Shown in pieces: positions 28,907 through 39,128 of a DNA stretch of 64,000 nt (its first letter is position 1; each line of letters starts with the position of its first letter). The stretch lies in the NCBI GenBank assembly GCA_012516125.1, contig JAAYXB010000075.1:5829-69828 (forward strand), in the 5' to 3' direction. The translations under genes were made by a program, and so were the position numbers. The notes below the pieces were generated by a model. That model was not told the DNA's origin. It did no database searches and saw only the letters and a list, made by a program, of their open reading frames with translations. Origin of the DNA: Bacillota bacterium. GTDB taxonomy: Bacteria; Bacillota; SHA-98; UBA4971.

Positions 28907-30571
28907 CTATACCTCCATCACGATGGGCAGGACCATGGGCCGCCGGCGGATCTTCTGGTAGACGAACTCCGCGAGGGCTTCGCGGACCCTGTTCTTGGTC
29001 GTCCCCCACTCGGTTATTCCCTGGGCTGAGCAGCGGGAGATTACCTCGCGCACCTCGCTCTCGGCCTCCTTGAGGAGCGCTTCGGACTCCTTCACGTACA
29101 CGAAGCCTCTCGAGACTATGTCAGGCCCCGCTATGACCTCGGCCGTCTGCTTGTCCACCGTGACGACAACGACGAGTATGCCATCCTGGGCGAGCACCTT
29201 GCGGTCACGCAGCACCACGTTCCCGACGTCGCCGACCCCAAGCCCGTCCACCAGCACCTGCCCGGCATCGACCTTCGCGCCGAGGCGCGCGCCTTCCTTC
29301 GTGAACTCAAGGACGTCCCCGATGTCGAGGATGAAGATGTTCTCCGGCGGTATCCCCACCTGCTCAGCGAGGCGTGCGTGCTTTACGAGGTGGCGGTACT
29401 CGCCGTGGACGGGCACGAAGTACTTCGGGCGCGTGAGGTTCATCATGAGTTTGAGCTCTTCCTGGCTCGCATGGCCCGACGCGTGAACCCCCGAGAACCT
29501 CTCGTAGATGACGTCGGCCCCCTGCCTGAAGAGATGGTTTATGGTCCGGCCGATGAGCTTCTCGTTGCCGGGGATAGGAGACGCCGAGATGATCACCGTG
29601 TCGCCGGGACGGATCCCCACCTTCTTGTGGGTCGCCATCGCCATGCGCGTGAGAGCGGACATCGGCTCCCCTTGAGTGCCTGTCGTGATGATAGTCAGCC
29701 TGTCCGCGGGAACCCTGTCCACCTCATCCACGGAGACAAGCATCCCCGGAGGTATGACAAGGTACCCGAGGTTCGTGGCTATCTCCACGGTGTTTTCAAG
29801 GCTTCGGCCTATGACGGCGACCTTCCTCCCGAACTTCCACGAGGCGTCCACTATTTGCTGGACCCTGTGGATGTTCGACGCAAACGTCGCCACGAGGATC
29901 CTTCCCTCTGCCTTGCTGAAAACGTCCTCGAAGGCGCGCCCTACGTCGCGCTCAGACATGGTGTACCCGGGGCGCTCCGCGTTCGTCGAATCTGAAAGAA
30001 GAGCCAGGACGCCTCGCGAGCCGAGCTCCGCGAACTTCCGAAAGTCCGGCGCCTCCTCGCCGATGGGCGTCTGGTCGAACTTGAAGTCGGCCGTGTGGAC
30101 TAAAAGTCCGGCGGGCGTGGTGATGGCGAGCGCTACCACATCGGCGATGCTGTGGTTCACCCGGACGAACTCGACGGTGAACGGCCCCAGCGAGAGCGTC
30201 TCCCCAGCCTTCACGCACTGAGGAGGAAAAGCCGGCGAAACGCCGTGCTCCGCGAGCCGTCCCTCCACAAGGCCAAGCGTCAGCCTGGTTCCGTATATCC
30301 TGGGGCTCACCTGCTTGAGGACGTATGGCAGGGCGCCGATGTGGTCTTCGTGCCCGTGCGTGAGGATGATCCCCCGTATGCGGTCCTGGTTTGCCACGAG
30401 ATACGAGATATCGGGGATGACGAGGTCGATGCCGAGCATCTCCTCCTCCGGGAAGGCCACCCCCGCATCCACCACGAGTATGTCCCCGTTGTACTCGATA
30501 ACCGTCATGTTCTTGCCGATCTCGCCTACCCCGCCCAGGGGCACGATCGAAAGCCTGTCGTCTTTGGCCAC
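28907..30571 (-). CDS. rnj: Ribonuclease J
   Basis: PLGGVGEIGKN, THGHEDHIG, HASGHA, PVHGEYRH. Confidence 0.97.
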   Translation of the reverse strand: MAKDDRLSIVPLGGVGEIGKNMTVIEYNGDILVVDAGVAFPEEEMLGIDLVIPDISYLVANQDRIRGIILTHGHEDHIGALPYVLKQVSPRIYGTRLTLGLVEGRLAEHGVSPAFPPQCVKAGETLSLGPFTVEFVRVNHSIADVVALAITTPAGLLVHTADFKFDQTPIGEEAPDFRKFAELGSRGVLALLSDSTNAERPGYTMSERDVGRAFEDVFSKAEGRILVATFASNIHRVQQIVDASWKFGRKVAVIGRSLENTVEIATNLGYLVIPPGMLVSVDEVDRVPADRLTIITTGTQGEPMSALTRMAMATHKKVGIRPGDTVIISASPIPGNEKLIGRTINHLFRQGADVIYERFSGVHASGHASQEELKLMMNLTRPKYFVPVHGEYRHLVKHARLAEQVGIPPENIFILDIGDVLEFTKEGARLGAKVDAGQVLVDGLGVGDVGNVVLRDRKVLAQDGILVVVVTVDKQTAEVIAGPDIVSRGFVYVKESEALLKEAESEVREVISRCSAQGITEWGTTKNRVREALAEFVYQKIRRRPMVLPIVMEV

Positions 30572-30725
30572 GCCTCTTGTGTCACCATCTTTACGAACCC
30601 GCTCGGGGCCCCCGCACTCGAAGGCAGGGAGCCTCGAGCGGCGTAGTCATCCGGATGCAATTGTAACATAACGCCACGGGCGTCTCAAGGTCGGCCTACC
30701 GGCCCGCCCCGGCCCTCCGACCGGG

Positions 30726-31610
30726 TCATGCCACGAGCCCCAGGCCTGAAAGCGCCTGATGGACGATCGCCGCCTCCCTCTCACCGGCCTCCACGAGGGG
30801 CGGCCGCAGCCCTCCCACGTCGAACCCCGTGAGCCTGAGCGCGAGCTTCACAGGGATGGGGTTTGTCGTCACAAACAGCGCTTTAAAGAGCGGGAAAAGC
30901 TCAGCGTTGATCTCCGCAGCCTTCGCCACCTGGCCGGCGACATACGCCTCAACCATCTCTTTCAGCCGCCTGCCGACGACGTGCGAGGCCACGCTGATGA
31001 TGCCCTCGCCACCCACCGCCAGGATCGGAAGGGTCAAGCTGTCGTCGCCGCTGTAAATCTTGAACGACGGCGGCGTGCGCCGACGGATGTCCGTGACCTG
31101 GTCGAGACTGCCACTGGCCTCCTTTACGGCCACGATGTTCTCAACGCACGCAAGCTTCTCGACGGTCTCGGGTGTCATGTTTATGCCGGTCCTGCCAGGT
31201 ATGTTGTAGAGGATGACCGGCAGACTCGTGGCCGCCGCGATGGCCTTGAAGTGGGCAATGAGCCCGTCCTGCGGCGGCTTGTTGTAATACGGCACGACAG
31301 CCATGACCCCGTGGACTCCGACCTTCTCGGCCTCACGCGTAAGCTCTATACTGGGCTGCGTCGCATTCCCGCCCGTGCCAGCGATGACCGCAGCCTCTTT
31401 GCCAACAGCCTCCACGACCACCCTGAAGAGGTTCACTTTCTCCTCTTTCGTCAGCGTCGGCGACTCACCGGTCGTTCCTGCGACCACGAGGCCGTCGGAG
31501 CCCGAGTCAACCAGCTTCCTTGCAAGCTCCGCAGCCCTGTCGTAGTCCACCTTGAGATCGGGCGCAAATGGCGTGACCATCGCGGTGAGCACTCGTCCGA
31601 AGCTCCTCAT
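30726..31610 (-). CDS. dapA: 4-hydroxy-tetrahydrodipicolinate synthase
   Basis: [27 protein letters not shown]. Confidence 0.97.
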   Translation of the reverse strand: MRSFGRVLTAMVTPFAPDLKVDYDRAAELARKLVDSGSDGLVVAGTTGESPTLTKEEKVNLFRVVVEAVGKEAAVIAGTGGNATQPSIELTREAEKVGVHGVMAVVPYYNKPPQDGLIAHFKAIAAATSLPVILYNIPGRTGINMTPETVEKLACVENIVAVKEASGSLDQVTDIRRRTPPSFKIYSGDDSLTLPILAVGGEGIISVASHVVGRRLKEMVEAYVAGQVAKAAEINAELFPLFKALFVTTNPIPVKLALRLTGFDVGGLRPPLVEAGEREAAIVHQALSGLGLVA

Positions 31611-31681
31611 ACAAGCATCCCTCCAGTACAACCGTTGTCCCCGCCGTTCCCGGCTCATCTTGCGGGTCTCGCGCTTGAGGC

Positions 31682-32914
31682 TCACGCCCCGAGGCCGAAC
31701 TTCGCGTGCAGCCCTCTCATGGCCTTCTGCATGTCTTCCTTCTTCACCAGGCACGATATGCTGGCGTGGGAGTCTGACGTCTGGTATATTGGCACTTTCG
31801 CCTCCGCCAGCGCCTCCACCACCCGGGCCATAACCCCCGGCACACCCCTCATGCCCGCTCCGACCACGGACACCTTGGCACACCCCCGCATCACCTTTAT
31901 CGTAAGCCCATCAAGGCCAAGCCCCTCCAGGACGGCAACGGCGGTCTCGACCACGTCCTCGCTCACCGTAAAGCAGATGAGCTCCGGAAATACGTTGATG
32001 AGGTCAACGCTTATGCCTGCGTCAGCGAGCGCCCGGAAGACGCCTTTCGCAATGCCCGACTCGTTGACGTCCCTCGACGAGTCAATGCGGATCTGCGCGA
32101 CGTTTGTGAGATGGGTTACGCCTGTGGCCACCTTATCGGACCGTATCACCGCTCCGTCAGGGGGCGTCCCGGTCCTTGTCACCAAAGTGCCAGGCTCGTC
32201 GGAGAACGTGTTCTTGATCCGTATCGGGATGCCGCCCTCCATTGCTATCTCCACAGCCCTTGGATGAACGACCTTCGCTCCGAGGTGCGCCATCTCAACT
32301 ACTTCCCTGTACGTCATAACCCGAAGGGACCTCGCATCAGGGACGATCCTGGGATCCGCGGTCATTATCCCTTCCACGTCGGTGTATATCTCGATGACCT
32401 CAGCTCCCAGCGCCACCGCGAGGGCCGCGGCGGTGGTGTCGCTGCCGCCCCTGCCGAGGGTGGTGACGTCGCCCGACCGCGTCACGCCCTGGAACCCTGC
32501 AACCACCACAACCCTGCCGTCTTGCAGGTGCTCCAGCACCCGCTCCGGGCGGACCTCCAGAATGCTGGTGTTGCCGAAGTTGTCATCGGTGATGATGCCC
32601 GCCTGGGCGCCCGTGAACCCCACAGCCGGGCACCCCATTGCCCGGAGCGTCTGAGCCATCACGACGGTCGAGATCACTTCGCCGCACGATAGAACGAGGT
32701 CCAGCTCGCGCCGGTCGACCTCGCTGTGCACTTTCCGGACGAGATCTATAAGCGTATCCGTGGCGTACGGCTCCCCCATCCTTCCCATGGCCGATACGAC
32801 CACGACAGGCGAATAGCCGCGTGACTTCGCCTCCAGCACCCTGGTCGCCGCACGAGCCCTCTGGGCGGGCGTCGCGACTGAGGTGCCGCCAAACTTCTGC
32901 ACCAGGATCCTCAC
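31682..32914 (-). CDS. dapG: Aspartate kinase I
   Basis: [29 protein letters not shown] domains; in the dpa-asd-dap cluster. Confidence 0.93.
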   Translation of the reverse strand: MRILVQKFGGTSVATPAQRARAATRVLEAKSRGYSPVVVVSAMGRMGEPYATDTLIDLVRKVHSEVDRRELDLVLSCGEVISTVVMAQTLRAMGCPAVGFTGAQAGIITDDNFGNTSILEVRPERVLEHLQDGRVVVVAGFQGVTRSGDVTTLGRGGSDTTAAALAVALGAEVIEIYTDVEGIMTADPRIVPDARSLRVMTYREVVEMAHLGAKVVHPRAVEIAMEGGIPIRIKNTFSDEPGTLVTRTGTPPDGAVIRSDKVATGVTHLTNVAQIRIDSSRDVNESGIAKGVFRALADAGISVDLINVFPELICFTVSEDVVETAVAVLEGLGLDGLTIKVMRGCAKVSVVGAGMRGVPGVMARVVEALAEAKVPIYQTSDSHASISCLVKKEDMQKAMRGLHAKFGLGA

Positions 32915-33014
32915 GGCCTTCACCTCGCCCGAGTCCTCAAGTTCCGCCCCCGGCCGACGAGCCATACGTCCTGGCTGCGCTCCATGCTACATTCCACGCT
33001 GCACTGTGCGGACT

Positions 33015-34046
33015 CTAGATGAGACCCTGCCGAAGAGCCTCTTCGGCTATCTCCACGGCGTTCAGCGCCGCGCCTTTTCGAAGCTGGTCACCGACAACCC
33101 AGAGGTTCAGGCCGCGCTCGATGGAGTTATCTTCGCGTATGCGCCCGACCTGCACCTCATTCCGCCCCGCCGCGAAGAGTGGCATTGGGTAGAGCATGTT
33201 CTCCGGGTCGTCCACGACGCTTACTCCAGGAGCCCGCGCCAGGATCTCGCGGGCCTCCTCCCGGGAAAGCTTTCTTTGCGTTTCGATGTTGAGCGACTCG
33301 GAATGGCATCTCTCCACTGGCACGCGCACGGTCGTCGCGGTCACGGCGATGCCCGGCCCCATTATCTTCTCAGTCTCGCGCACCATCTTCCACTCTTCTT
33401 TCGTATAGCCCATGTCCTGAAACACGTCTATCTGCGGGATCAGGTTGAACGCGATCTGGTAGTGCTTCGGGGCGGACGCAAAAGGCAGGGCCCCCGGGTT
33501 TACAGTCTCGCCCGCAAGATACGCCCGGGTCTCCTCAAAGAGCGCGCTCATCGCCCGCGCGCCCGCGCCTGAAACCGCCTGGTATGTGGACACTACGACT
33601 CGCTTCACCGTGGCCGCATCATGGATCGGCTTCAGGACGACAACCATTATGATCGTGGAGCAGTTTGGGTTCGCTATGATACCGGAGTGTTTTGCGATAT
33701 CGCCCGGGTTCACCTCCGGCACCACCAGAGGCACCTCCGGGTCCATGCGGAATGCGCTGGAATTGTCTATCACGAGGACGCCTGCCCGCGCCGCAGGAGG
33801 CGCGTATTCTCTCGACACTGAGGCCCCGGCGGAAAAGAATGCAAGGTCGTGCCCGGCGAGCCTCGCCTCCGAGAGCGCGTGCACCGGGAGGCTCTCGCCC
33901 CGGAAGCGCATGGTCTTCCCCTCCGACCTTGCCGAAGCGAACAGGGACAGGGTAGCGCAAGGAAACCCCCTTTCCTCAAGGACCCGCAGGAACTCCTGGC
34001 CGACCGCTCCCGTTGCCCCGACTATCGCCACTTTCAGTTTGCGCAC
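33015..34046 (-). CDS. asd: Aspartate-semialdehyde dehydrogenase
   Basis: VGATGAVG, DNSSAFRM, ANPNCST, QLRKGAALN. Confidence 0.97.
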   Translation of the reverse strand: MRKLKVAIVGATGAVGQEFLRVLEERGFPCATLSLFASARSEGKTMRFRGESLPVHALSEARLAGHDLAFFSAGASVSREYAPPAARAGVLVIDNSSAFRMDPEVPLVVPEVNPGDIAKHSGIIANPNCSTIIMVVVLKPIHDAATVKRVVVSTYQAVSGAGARAMSALFEETRAYLAGETVNPGALPFASAPKHYQIAFNLIPQIDVFQDMGYTKEEWKMVRETEKIMGPGIAVTATTVRVPVERCHSESLNIETQRKLSREEAREILARAPGVSVVDDPENMLYPMPLFAAGRNEVQVGRIREDNSIERGLNLWVVGDQLRKGAALNAVEIAEEALRQGLI

Positions 34047-34159
34047 CGTTCTCCCCTCTCAACGCACTCCGGGCTGCTCGGCGCGCGCCGGTCGCCGCAT
34101 GGCTCCACCATGCATGCGGCGCTGTGCGTGCCGCTTGCCCCGGGAGTGCTGTATGAGCG

Positions 34160-34774
34160 TCATCTTAGGTTAGCATATCCCGCGCGCCTCTTCCTGTCAA
34201 CAAGCAGGGGCTGAATCTGCCTTCCCTCCAGGGCTCCTACGACTGTGTCCACCACGAGGCTCATGTCGCAAACGAGAGAGTTGGGTTTGCTTTCGGGCGC
34301 ATCCTGGCCGAAGGGGACCATGTACACGTTCCGGGTATTGAGCAGAATGCCGAGGTTCCTGGCATTTGCGCCGAGGGCGTCGTTTGTGGAGATCCCGAGG
34401 ATCACCGGCCGCCCGTTGCGCAGCGTTGACTTGGCGGCCATGAGCACGGGCCCGTCGGTGATGCCCAGCGCAAGCTTGGCGAGGGTGTTCCCCGTGCACG
34501 GGGCGATGACCAGGGCGTCGAGGACCTTCCCCGGCCCCAGGGGCTCAACCTCGTGGATGGTGCACGCCGGCTCCTTGCCCGTGATCTGCTCGAGCCGGCG
34601 CGCGATGTCAGCGGCCCTCCCGAACCGGGTGTTCTGCGTTGCGACCTTCTCCGACAGGATCGGATACACATCGGCTCCCTCGGCAACAAGCTTCTCGATC
34701 TCCGGCAGGACTTCAGGGATTGTACAGAAGGACCCGGTCAAAGCGACGCCAACCTTCTTGCCAGCAAGCCGCAT
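34160..34774 (-). CDS. dpaB: Dipicolinate synthase subunit B
   Basis: ALTGSFCT, APCTGNTLAK, ISTNDAL, PFGQD...KPNSL. Confidence 0.96.
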   Translation of the reverse strand: MRLAGKKVGVALTGSFCTIPEVLPEIEKLVAEGADVYPILSEKVATQNTRFGRAADIARRLEQITGKEPACTIHEVEPLGPGKVLDALVIAPCTGNTLAKLALGITDGPVLMAAKSTLRNGRPVILGISTNDALGANARNLGILLNTRNVYMVPFGQDAPESKPNSLVCDMSLVVDTVVGALEGRQIQPLLVDRKRRAGYANLR

Positions 34775-34811
34775 GGCTCACACCTCCAGCACGTGTTGCG
34801 CACGTTATGGG

Positions 34812-35708
34812 TCAGCGGAGACGGGCAAGTTCCCTGCGGATCATCTGAGGTAAAGCCTCGGCAAGGATCGCGCCGGCGGTTCTCGGCGCAACCTTTCCGG
34901 GCAGGCCCAGAGCATGGACGGTCTTTATGCCATAGCGGGCAGCAGCCTGGAAATCGGTGCCCCCGGGCTGGGACGCAAGGTCGATGATGAGCGACCCCGG
35001 CCTCATCCCCTTGAGCACTTCCTCGGTGAGCACGATGGCGGGCACCGTATTGAAGACCACATCGGCGTCGGACGTCGCCTGGGCCAGGGATGAGAGATGC
35101 ACCGTAGAAGCGCCTATCTCCTCGGCCCTCGCGAGCTGCGCGAGGTTTCTCGCGGCGACGGTGGTCCGCGCACCCAGGGCCAGCAGAACCCGCGCGAGCG
35201 TGATGCCGACCCGCCCGAACCCTACGACGACCGCGCGGCACGAATGGATCGTCACCGGTAGCTCCTCCATGGCGATCTGGACGGCGCCTTCTGCGGTGGG
35301 TATCGAGTTCCTTATGGCAACTTCGTCGTCCTCCGTCACCTCGACAAGGGTGACGCCGTGCCTGGCCGCGAACTCCTTGAGCCTGGGCCTGGCGGCTCCG
35401 ACGAAAAGCGGAGCCCTGGGTGCGATGACTTCGAGCACTTCCTCGCTCAGGGTGATGGTGACATCCGGGTCAAGCGTCCTCACCTTGCCGCCGACGTCAA
35501 GGCCCCCCATGCCCACCACCACAGCATCTACGCCGCGAAGGGCCTCGAACACGGACGTCTCTCTCTCCGCGCCGGCAAGCTCGGGGAGGTCAGGATATCC
35601 GACCACTTTCACCCTGGCCCCCTCGGCCAGGAACCTCTTTATCACCTCTATCTCTCGCCAGTCGCCCCCGAGTACCGCGATGACAAGCCCACCAAGGCCC
35701 CCCTTCAT
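34812..35708 (-). CDS. dpaA: Dipicolinate synthase subunit A
   Basis: LGGDWRE, NSIPTAEGA, DLASQPGGTDF, GLPGKVAP. Confidence 0.96.
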   Translation of the reverse strand: MKGGLGGLVIAVLGGDWREIEVIKRFLAEGARVKVVGYPDLPELAGAERETSVFEALRGVDAVVVGMGGLDVGGKVRTLDPDVTITLSEEVLEVIAPRAPLFVGAARPRLKEFAARHGVTLVEVTEDDEVAIRNSIPTAEGAVQIAMEELPVTIHSCRAVVVGFGRVGITLARVLLALGARTTVAARNLAQLARAEEIGASTVHLSSLAQATSDADVVFNTVPAIVLTEEVLKGMRPGSLIIDLASQPGGTDFQAAARYGIKTVHALGLPGKVAPRTAGAILAEALPQMIRRELARLR

Positions 35709-35744
35709 CCACGGTCCCTCCTCTGACCTCAAGTTGCTACGTGT

Positions 35745-35771
35745 AATATATGAACCTGCACGGGGACCGGT
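35745..35771 (-). promoter_or_regulatory. sigK-type promoter of dpaAB
   Basis: AC-N17-CATATATT on the minus strand. Confidence 0.55.
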
Positions 35772-35816
35772 GCCTGTTCCGCCTGCCAGGGGACCGGAGC
35801 GCCTGCGGCGGTCTAC

Positions 35817-36629
35817 TTAGAGGTCCAGGAGATTCTCGAGGCCGAAGACCGCGTGATCCAGGCCCATGACTTCTCGGATGGCCAGCATGACGCCGGGCAT
35901 GAACGACTCCCTCGATATCGAATCATGGCGTATCGTGAGCACCTGGCCCGGTCCCCCGAAAAGGACCTCCTGGTGAGCGACCAGGCCCGGCAGCCTCACG
36001 CTGTGTATCCGCACGCCCCCGACGCTCTCGCCCCGGGCGAGGGGCTCCTCGCCCCCGGCCGCAGCCTCCGCCCGCGCCCGGTCCACCCTGGCCATGACCT
36101 GCGCAGTCTTGATGGCCGTACCGGAAGGCGCGTCCACCTTCCTGTCATGGTGTAGCTCGATTATCTCGGCGGCGTGGAAGTACCTCGAGGCCATCTCGGC
36201 AAACTTCATCATGAGTACCGCCCCTATGGCGAAGTTGGGGGCGACCACCGCGCCGATCCCGTTCTTGCGGCACAGCCGGTCGATCTCATCGATGTCCTGC
36301 GCGCTGAGACCGGTCGTGCCCACCACGCACCGGACGCCCATCCCCAGTGCCGTCCTGACGTTCCCCATGACGGCGGCCGGGTGCGTGAAGTCTACCATCA
36401 CGTCCGGGCACACCCGGGTGAGGGACGAGGCGAGATCGCGCGTCACCTCGAGAAAATCGTCCGTGCGCTCGGGGTCAATTGGCACCCTCCCCTCCCTAAC
36501 GTCGACCCCACCGACAAGCTCCATGTCAGGCTCCCTTGACACTGCAGCCACGACCTGCCTCCCCATCCGTCCCGCGGCACCAGCCACGACCACTCTTATC
36601 CGCGACGCTTTCTCCGTCTTCATCTCCAT
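35817..36629 (-). CDS. dapB: 4-hydroxy-tetrahydrodipicolinate reductase
   Basis: GAAGRMG, DFT, VVGTTG, ELHHDRKVDAPSGTA. Confidence 0.97.
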   Translation of the reverse strand: MEMKTEKASRIRVVVAGAAGRMGRQVVAAVSREPDMELVGGVDVREGRVPIDPERTDDFLEVTRDLASSLTRVCPDVMVDFTHPAAVMGNVRTALGMGVRCVVGTTGLSAQDIDEIDRLCRKNGIGAVVAPNFAIGAVLMMKFAEMASRYFHAAEIIELHHDRKVDAPSGTAIKTAQVMARVDRARAEAAAGGEEPLARGESVGGVRIHSVRLPGLVAHQEVLFGGPGQVLTIRHDSISRESFMPGVMLAIREVMGLDHAVFGLENLLDL

Positions 36630-36788
36630 GTCTTTCCCCTCCTCCATTCATGTCCTCATGTCCGTTCGCCCACGCCGGCCACAGCAAGCGAGAGGAAAAC
36701 GAAGAGCCGCCCGGTGCCCGGCCTTCCACGGCTGGACCCGCGACGGCGTCTTCCCAGCGGATGCCGAAGGCCACCCGGGCCTTTACCT

Positions 36789-37280
36789 CTAGTGGATCTC
36801 GATATCAGATGCCCCGAACCTCGCAAGCACGTTCTTCGCGTCGTCCACGGTGTTGTCGTCGGCCTTCACAACCGCGAGGATCTTGCCTTCCTTCACCTTG
36901 TTCTCGTAGTACCTTCCCCGCTCCTCGGGAATGCCGAGGTCAACGAGGCCTCCCACGATCCCGCCGGTCACAGCCCCGGTGAGACCTGCAGCTATGGGGC
37001 CCGCAGCGACGATCGGGCCGATCCCGGGGATGGCAAGCGCGCCAAGCCCGGCGAGAAGGCCCGTCGCGCCCCCTATGGCGCCGCCGGTGAGGGTCCCACC
37101 GGTAATGTCATTTCCCCCTCCCCGCATCGTGAGCCCGCCCTCGCCTCGGTCGCCTCCCTTCATGCGGTCCTCCTTCGCCACGATGGATACCTTGTCATCA
37201 CCGAAGCCCTTTCGCTTCAGCTCCTCGACCGCCCTTTCCGCCTGATCGCGTGAATCAAACGTGCCTATTACGCTTGCCAT
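36789..37280 (-). CDS. General stress protein (YflT/17M-like), own internal start
   Basis: GGAGGAGG RBS before ATG 37280; VIGTFDS...AVEEL, GLGALAIPGIGPIVAAGP. Confidence 0.85.
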   Translation of the reverse strand: MASVIGTFDSRDQAERAVEELKRKGFGDDKVSIVAKEDRMKGGDRGEGGLTMRGGGNDITGGTLTGGAIGGATGLLAGLGALAIPGIGPIVAAGPIAAGLTGAVTGGIVGGLVDLGIPEERGRYYENKVKEGKILAVVKADDNTVDDAKNVLARFGASDIEIH

Positions 37281-37595
37281 TTGCAAAGCCTCCTCCGAAA
37301 GACTGGATTTCGGCTTTAGTTTGACATAATGGCAAGCCTCGTATTCACCGTAGTCCACGGCGGCCGCGACCTGCTCGTTACACTGCTCACGGGAGTCCGA
37401 TGCATCATGGCCCTCGAGCTTCTCCTTGATGCGCAGGTACTGGGCGACAAGCCTGTCCAGGTTTTCGCTGATGCGGTATGTCTCCGCCCCGTCAAGCCTT
37501 CCGTCGTCCCGGGCTATGGCCGTGTGCAGCTCCGCGCGCAACTCCTCGATGGCACCCCGGAGCGACTGAAGCCTCTCGTCTATCCCGTCGACCAT
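36789..37595 (-). CDS. Spo0E-like aspartyl-phosphate phosphatase reading in-frame into the YflT-like gene
   Basis: GGAGGG RBS before ATG 37595; IEELRAEL...ETYRISENLDRLVAQY (SQELD-like); no stop before the YflT start. Confidence 0.7.
   Translation of the reverse strand: MVDGIDERLQSLRGAIEELRAELHTAIARDDGRLDGAETYRISENLDRLVAQYLRIKEKLEGHDASDSREQCNEQVAAAVDYGEYEACHYVKLKPKSSLSEEALQMASVIGTFDSRDQAERAVEELKRKGFGDDKVSIVAKEDRMKGGDRGEGGLTMRGGGNDITGGTLTGGAIGGATGLLAGLGALAIPGIGPIVAAGPIAAGLTGAVTGGIVGGLVDLGIPEERGRYYENKVKEGKILAVVKADDNTVDDAKNVLARFGASDIEIH
37317..37346 (-). promoter_or_regulatory. sigG-type promoter for the YflT-like gene, inside the upstream reading frame
   Basis: GAATA-N18-CAAACTA on the minus strand. 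Confidence 0.5.
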
Positions 37596-38868
37596 GGTAC
37601 TCCCTCCGAATGAACGACGATTTCGCCTTCCGCGGGCCAACCGCGGCCGCAACGGGCACCGCCCCGCCGAGCAGCTCCGCTGCCACCTCGCGCACGTCAT
37701 CTCCGGTCACGCCATCGATCCTTCTGAAAACCTCATCCGGTGTCTCCAGAGGTTCGTGGAAGAGCTCGAGCCGTCCGAGCCTGCTCATGCGGCTGTTGGT
37801 CGTCTCGAGATTCAACACGAGACTGCTTTTCAGCTGTTCCTTGCCCCTGATCAATTCCTCACCGCTAATCCCGCACGATGCCACCTCGTCAAGCTCCTCA
37901 CGAATGAGGTCCTCGACGACCTTGGCATGGTCCGGGCTTGTGGCCGCATAGAGTATGAAAGCTCCTGCGTCGTCGAACGACGCCACGTACGAGTACGTCG
38001 AGTACACGAGGCCCCGATCTTCCCTGAGCTTCTGAAACAGCCTGGAGCTCATGCCACCACCGATGGCGATGTCAAGGAGGTAAAGCGCAAATCTCTTTGG
38101 GTGCTTTCTGTTGTACGCTTCGACCCCGAGGCAAAGGTGCACTTGCTCGGTGTTCTTCGGTCGAAACACGCGCGCGCCCGGGATCCACGACGGCCGCACC
38201 TCAGCAGACTGGGCGGAGGACGGCAAGCTGAGGTGTCTCTCCACCGCCTCCACGACCCTTTCGTGGGTCACATGTCCGGCCGCCGCGACGACCACATTTT
38301 CGCACGTGTAGTGATCCCCCATGTACCTGAGGATGACATCCCTCGTGAGATTGCCGAGTGTCTCCTGCGTTCCGAGCACGGGCAGACCCACCGACCGGCT
38401 TCCCCAGGCCGCGCGAGCGATCTCGTCGTGGACCACGTCTTCCGGCGAGTCCTCGTACATCCCGATCTCCTCTGCCACCACGCCCCTCTCTTTCTCCACA
38501 TCCTCTGGAGCCAGGAGCGGGTGGCACACCAGGTCACACAGGATGTCCACCGCAAGGTCAACGTGCTCATCCAGCACCTTGGCGTAGAAACAGGTGTGGT
38601 CCTTGCCTGTGAAGGCATTCAACTGACCGCCGACGCCGTCCATCTCCTCGGCGATTTGCCTCGCCGTCCGCCGCGTCGTGCCCTTGAAGACCAAGTGCTC
38701 GATGAAGTGGGAGACGCCGTTCTCCGCTGGCGCTTCCCACCTCGAGCCCGCGTTCACCCAGATGCCGACGGAGCAGGATCTCACGTGAGGGATCTCCTCG
38801 GTGACCACTCTTGCGCCACACGGAAGAACCGTCCGCTTGTAAGAGGCTGTGCCACGCCACTTTGACAG
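37492..38868 (-). CDS. M16-family zinc peptidase (probable CTG start)
   Basis: HFIEH inverted zincin motif, NAFTGKD, GGGMSSRLFQ; conserved YKRTVLPxGARVVTE lies upstream of the first GTG. Confidence 0.93.
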   Translation of the reverse strand: MSKWRGTASYKRTVLPCGARVVTEEIPHVRSCSVGIWVNAGSRWEAPAENGVSHFIEHLVFKGTTRRTARQIAEEMDGVGGQLNAFTGKDHTCFYAKVLDEHVDLAVDILCDLVCHPLLAPEDVEKERGVVAEEIGMYEDSPEDVVHDEIARAAWGSRSVGLPVLGTQETLGNLTRDVILRYMGDHYTCENVVVAAAGHVTHERVVEAVERHLSLPSSAQSAEVRPSWIPGARVFRPKNTEQVHLCLGVEAYNRKHPKRFALYLLDIAIGGGMSSRLFQKLREDRGLVYSTYSYVASFDDAGAFILYAATSPDHAKVVEDLIREELDEVASCGISGEELIRGKEQLKSSLVLNLETTNSRMSRLGRLELFHEPLETPDEVFRRIDGVTGDDVREVAAELLGGAVPVAAAVGPRKAKSSFIRREYHGRRDRREASVAPGCHRGVARGAAHGHSPGRRKA

Positions 38869-39128
38869 ATCTCTCCACCCCTCGTCATCAAACGACAGAC
38901 ACTGATAGATTCGCCCACGTCAATATGATTCCTCTTTCATCCGGAGAGAATCTCACCGCGATCTTTCGCCTGGACGGACGGCGGTGGCTGCATGGCAGCT
39001 TATGCAGAAACAGGCTCCGCTAGAGGAAGTTACATAAAGGATCGTAGGCTTCGCAGTAGAACTGGACATTACACACCGTGTGCGTCCGCGTGCGGCCGGA
39101 CGCTTCCGCCAAGGAGGAGAAGCCCGAC

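Noticed and set aside
30759-32267. Long antisense ORFs (this one, 56862..58448, 51599..52975, 37594..38865, 43692..44933, 6383..7633 and others)
   Set aside because: Shadows of well-conserved genes on the opposite strand, expected in high-GC DNA; no motifs
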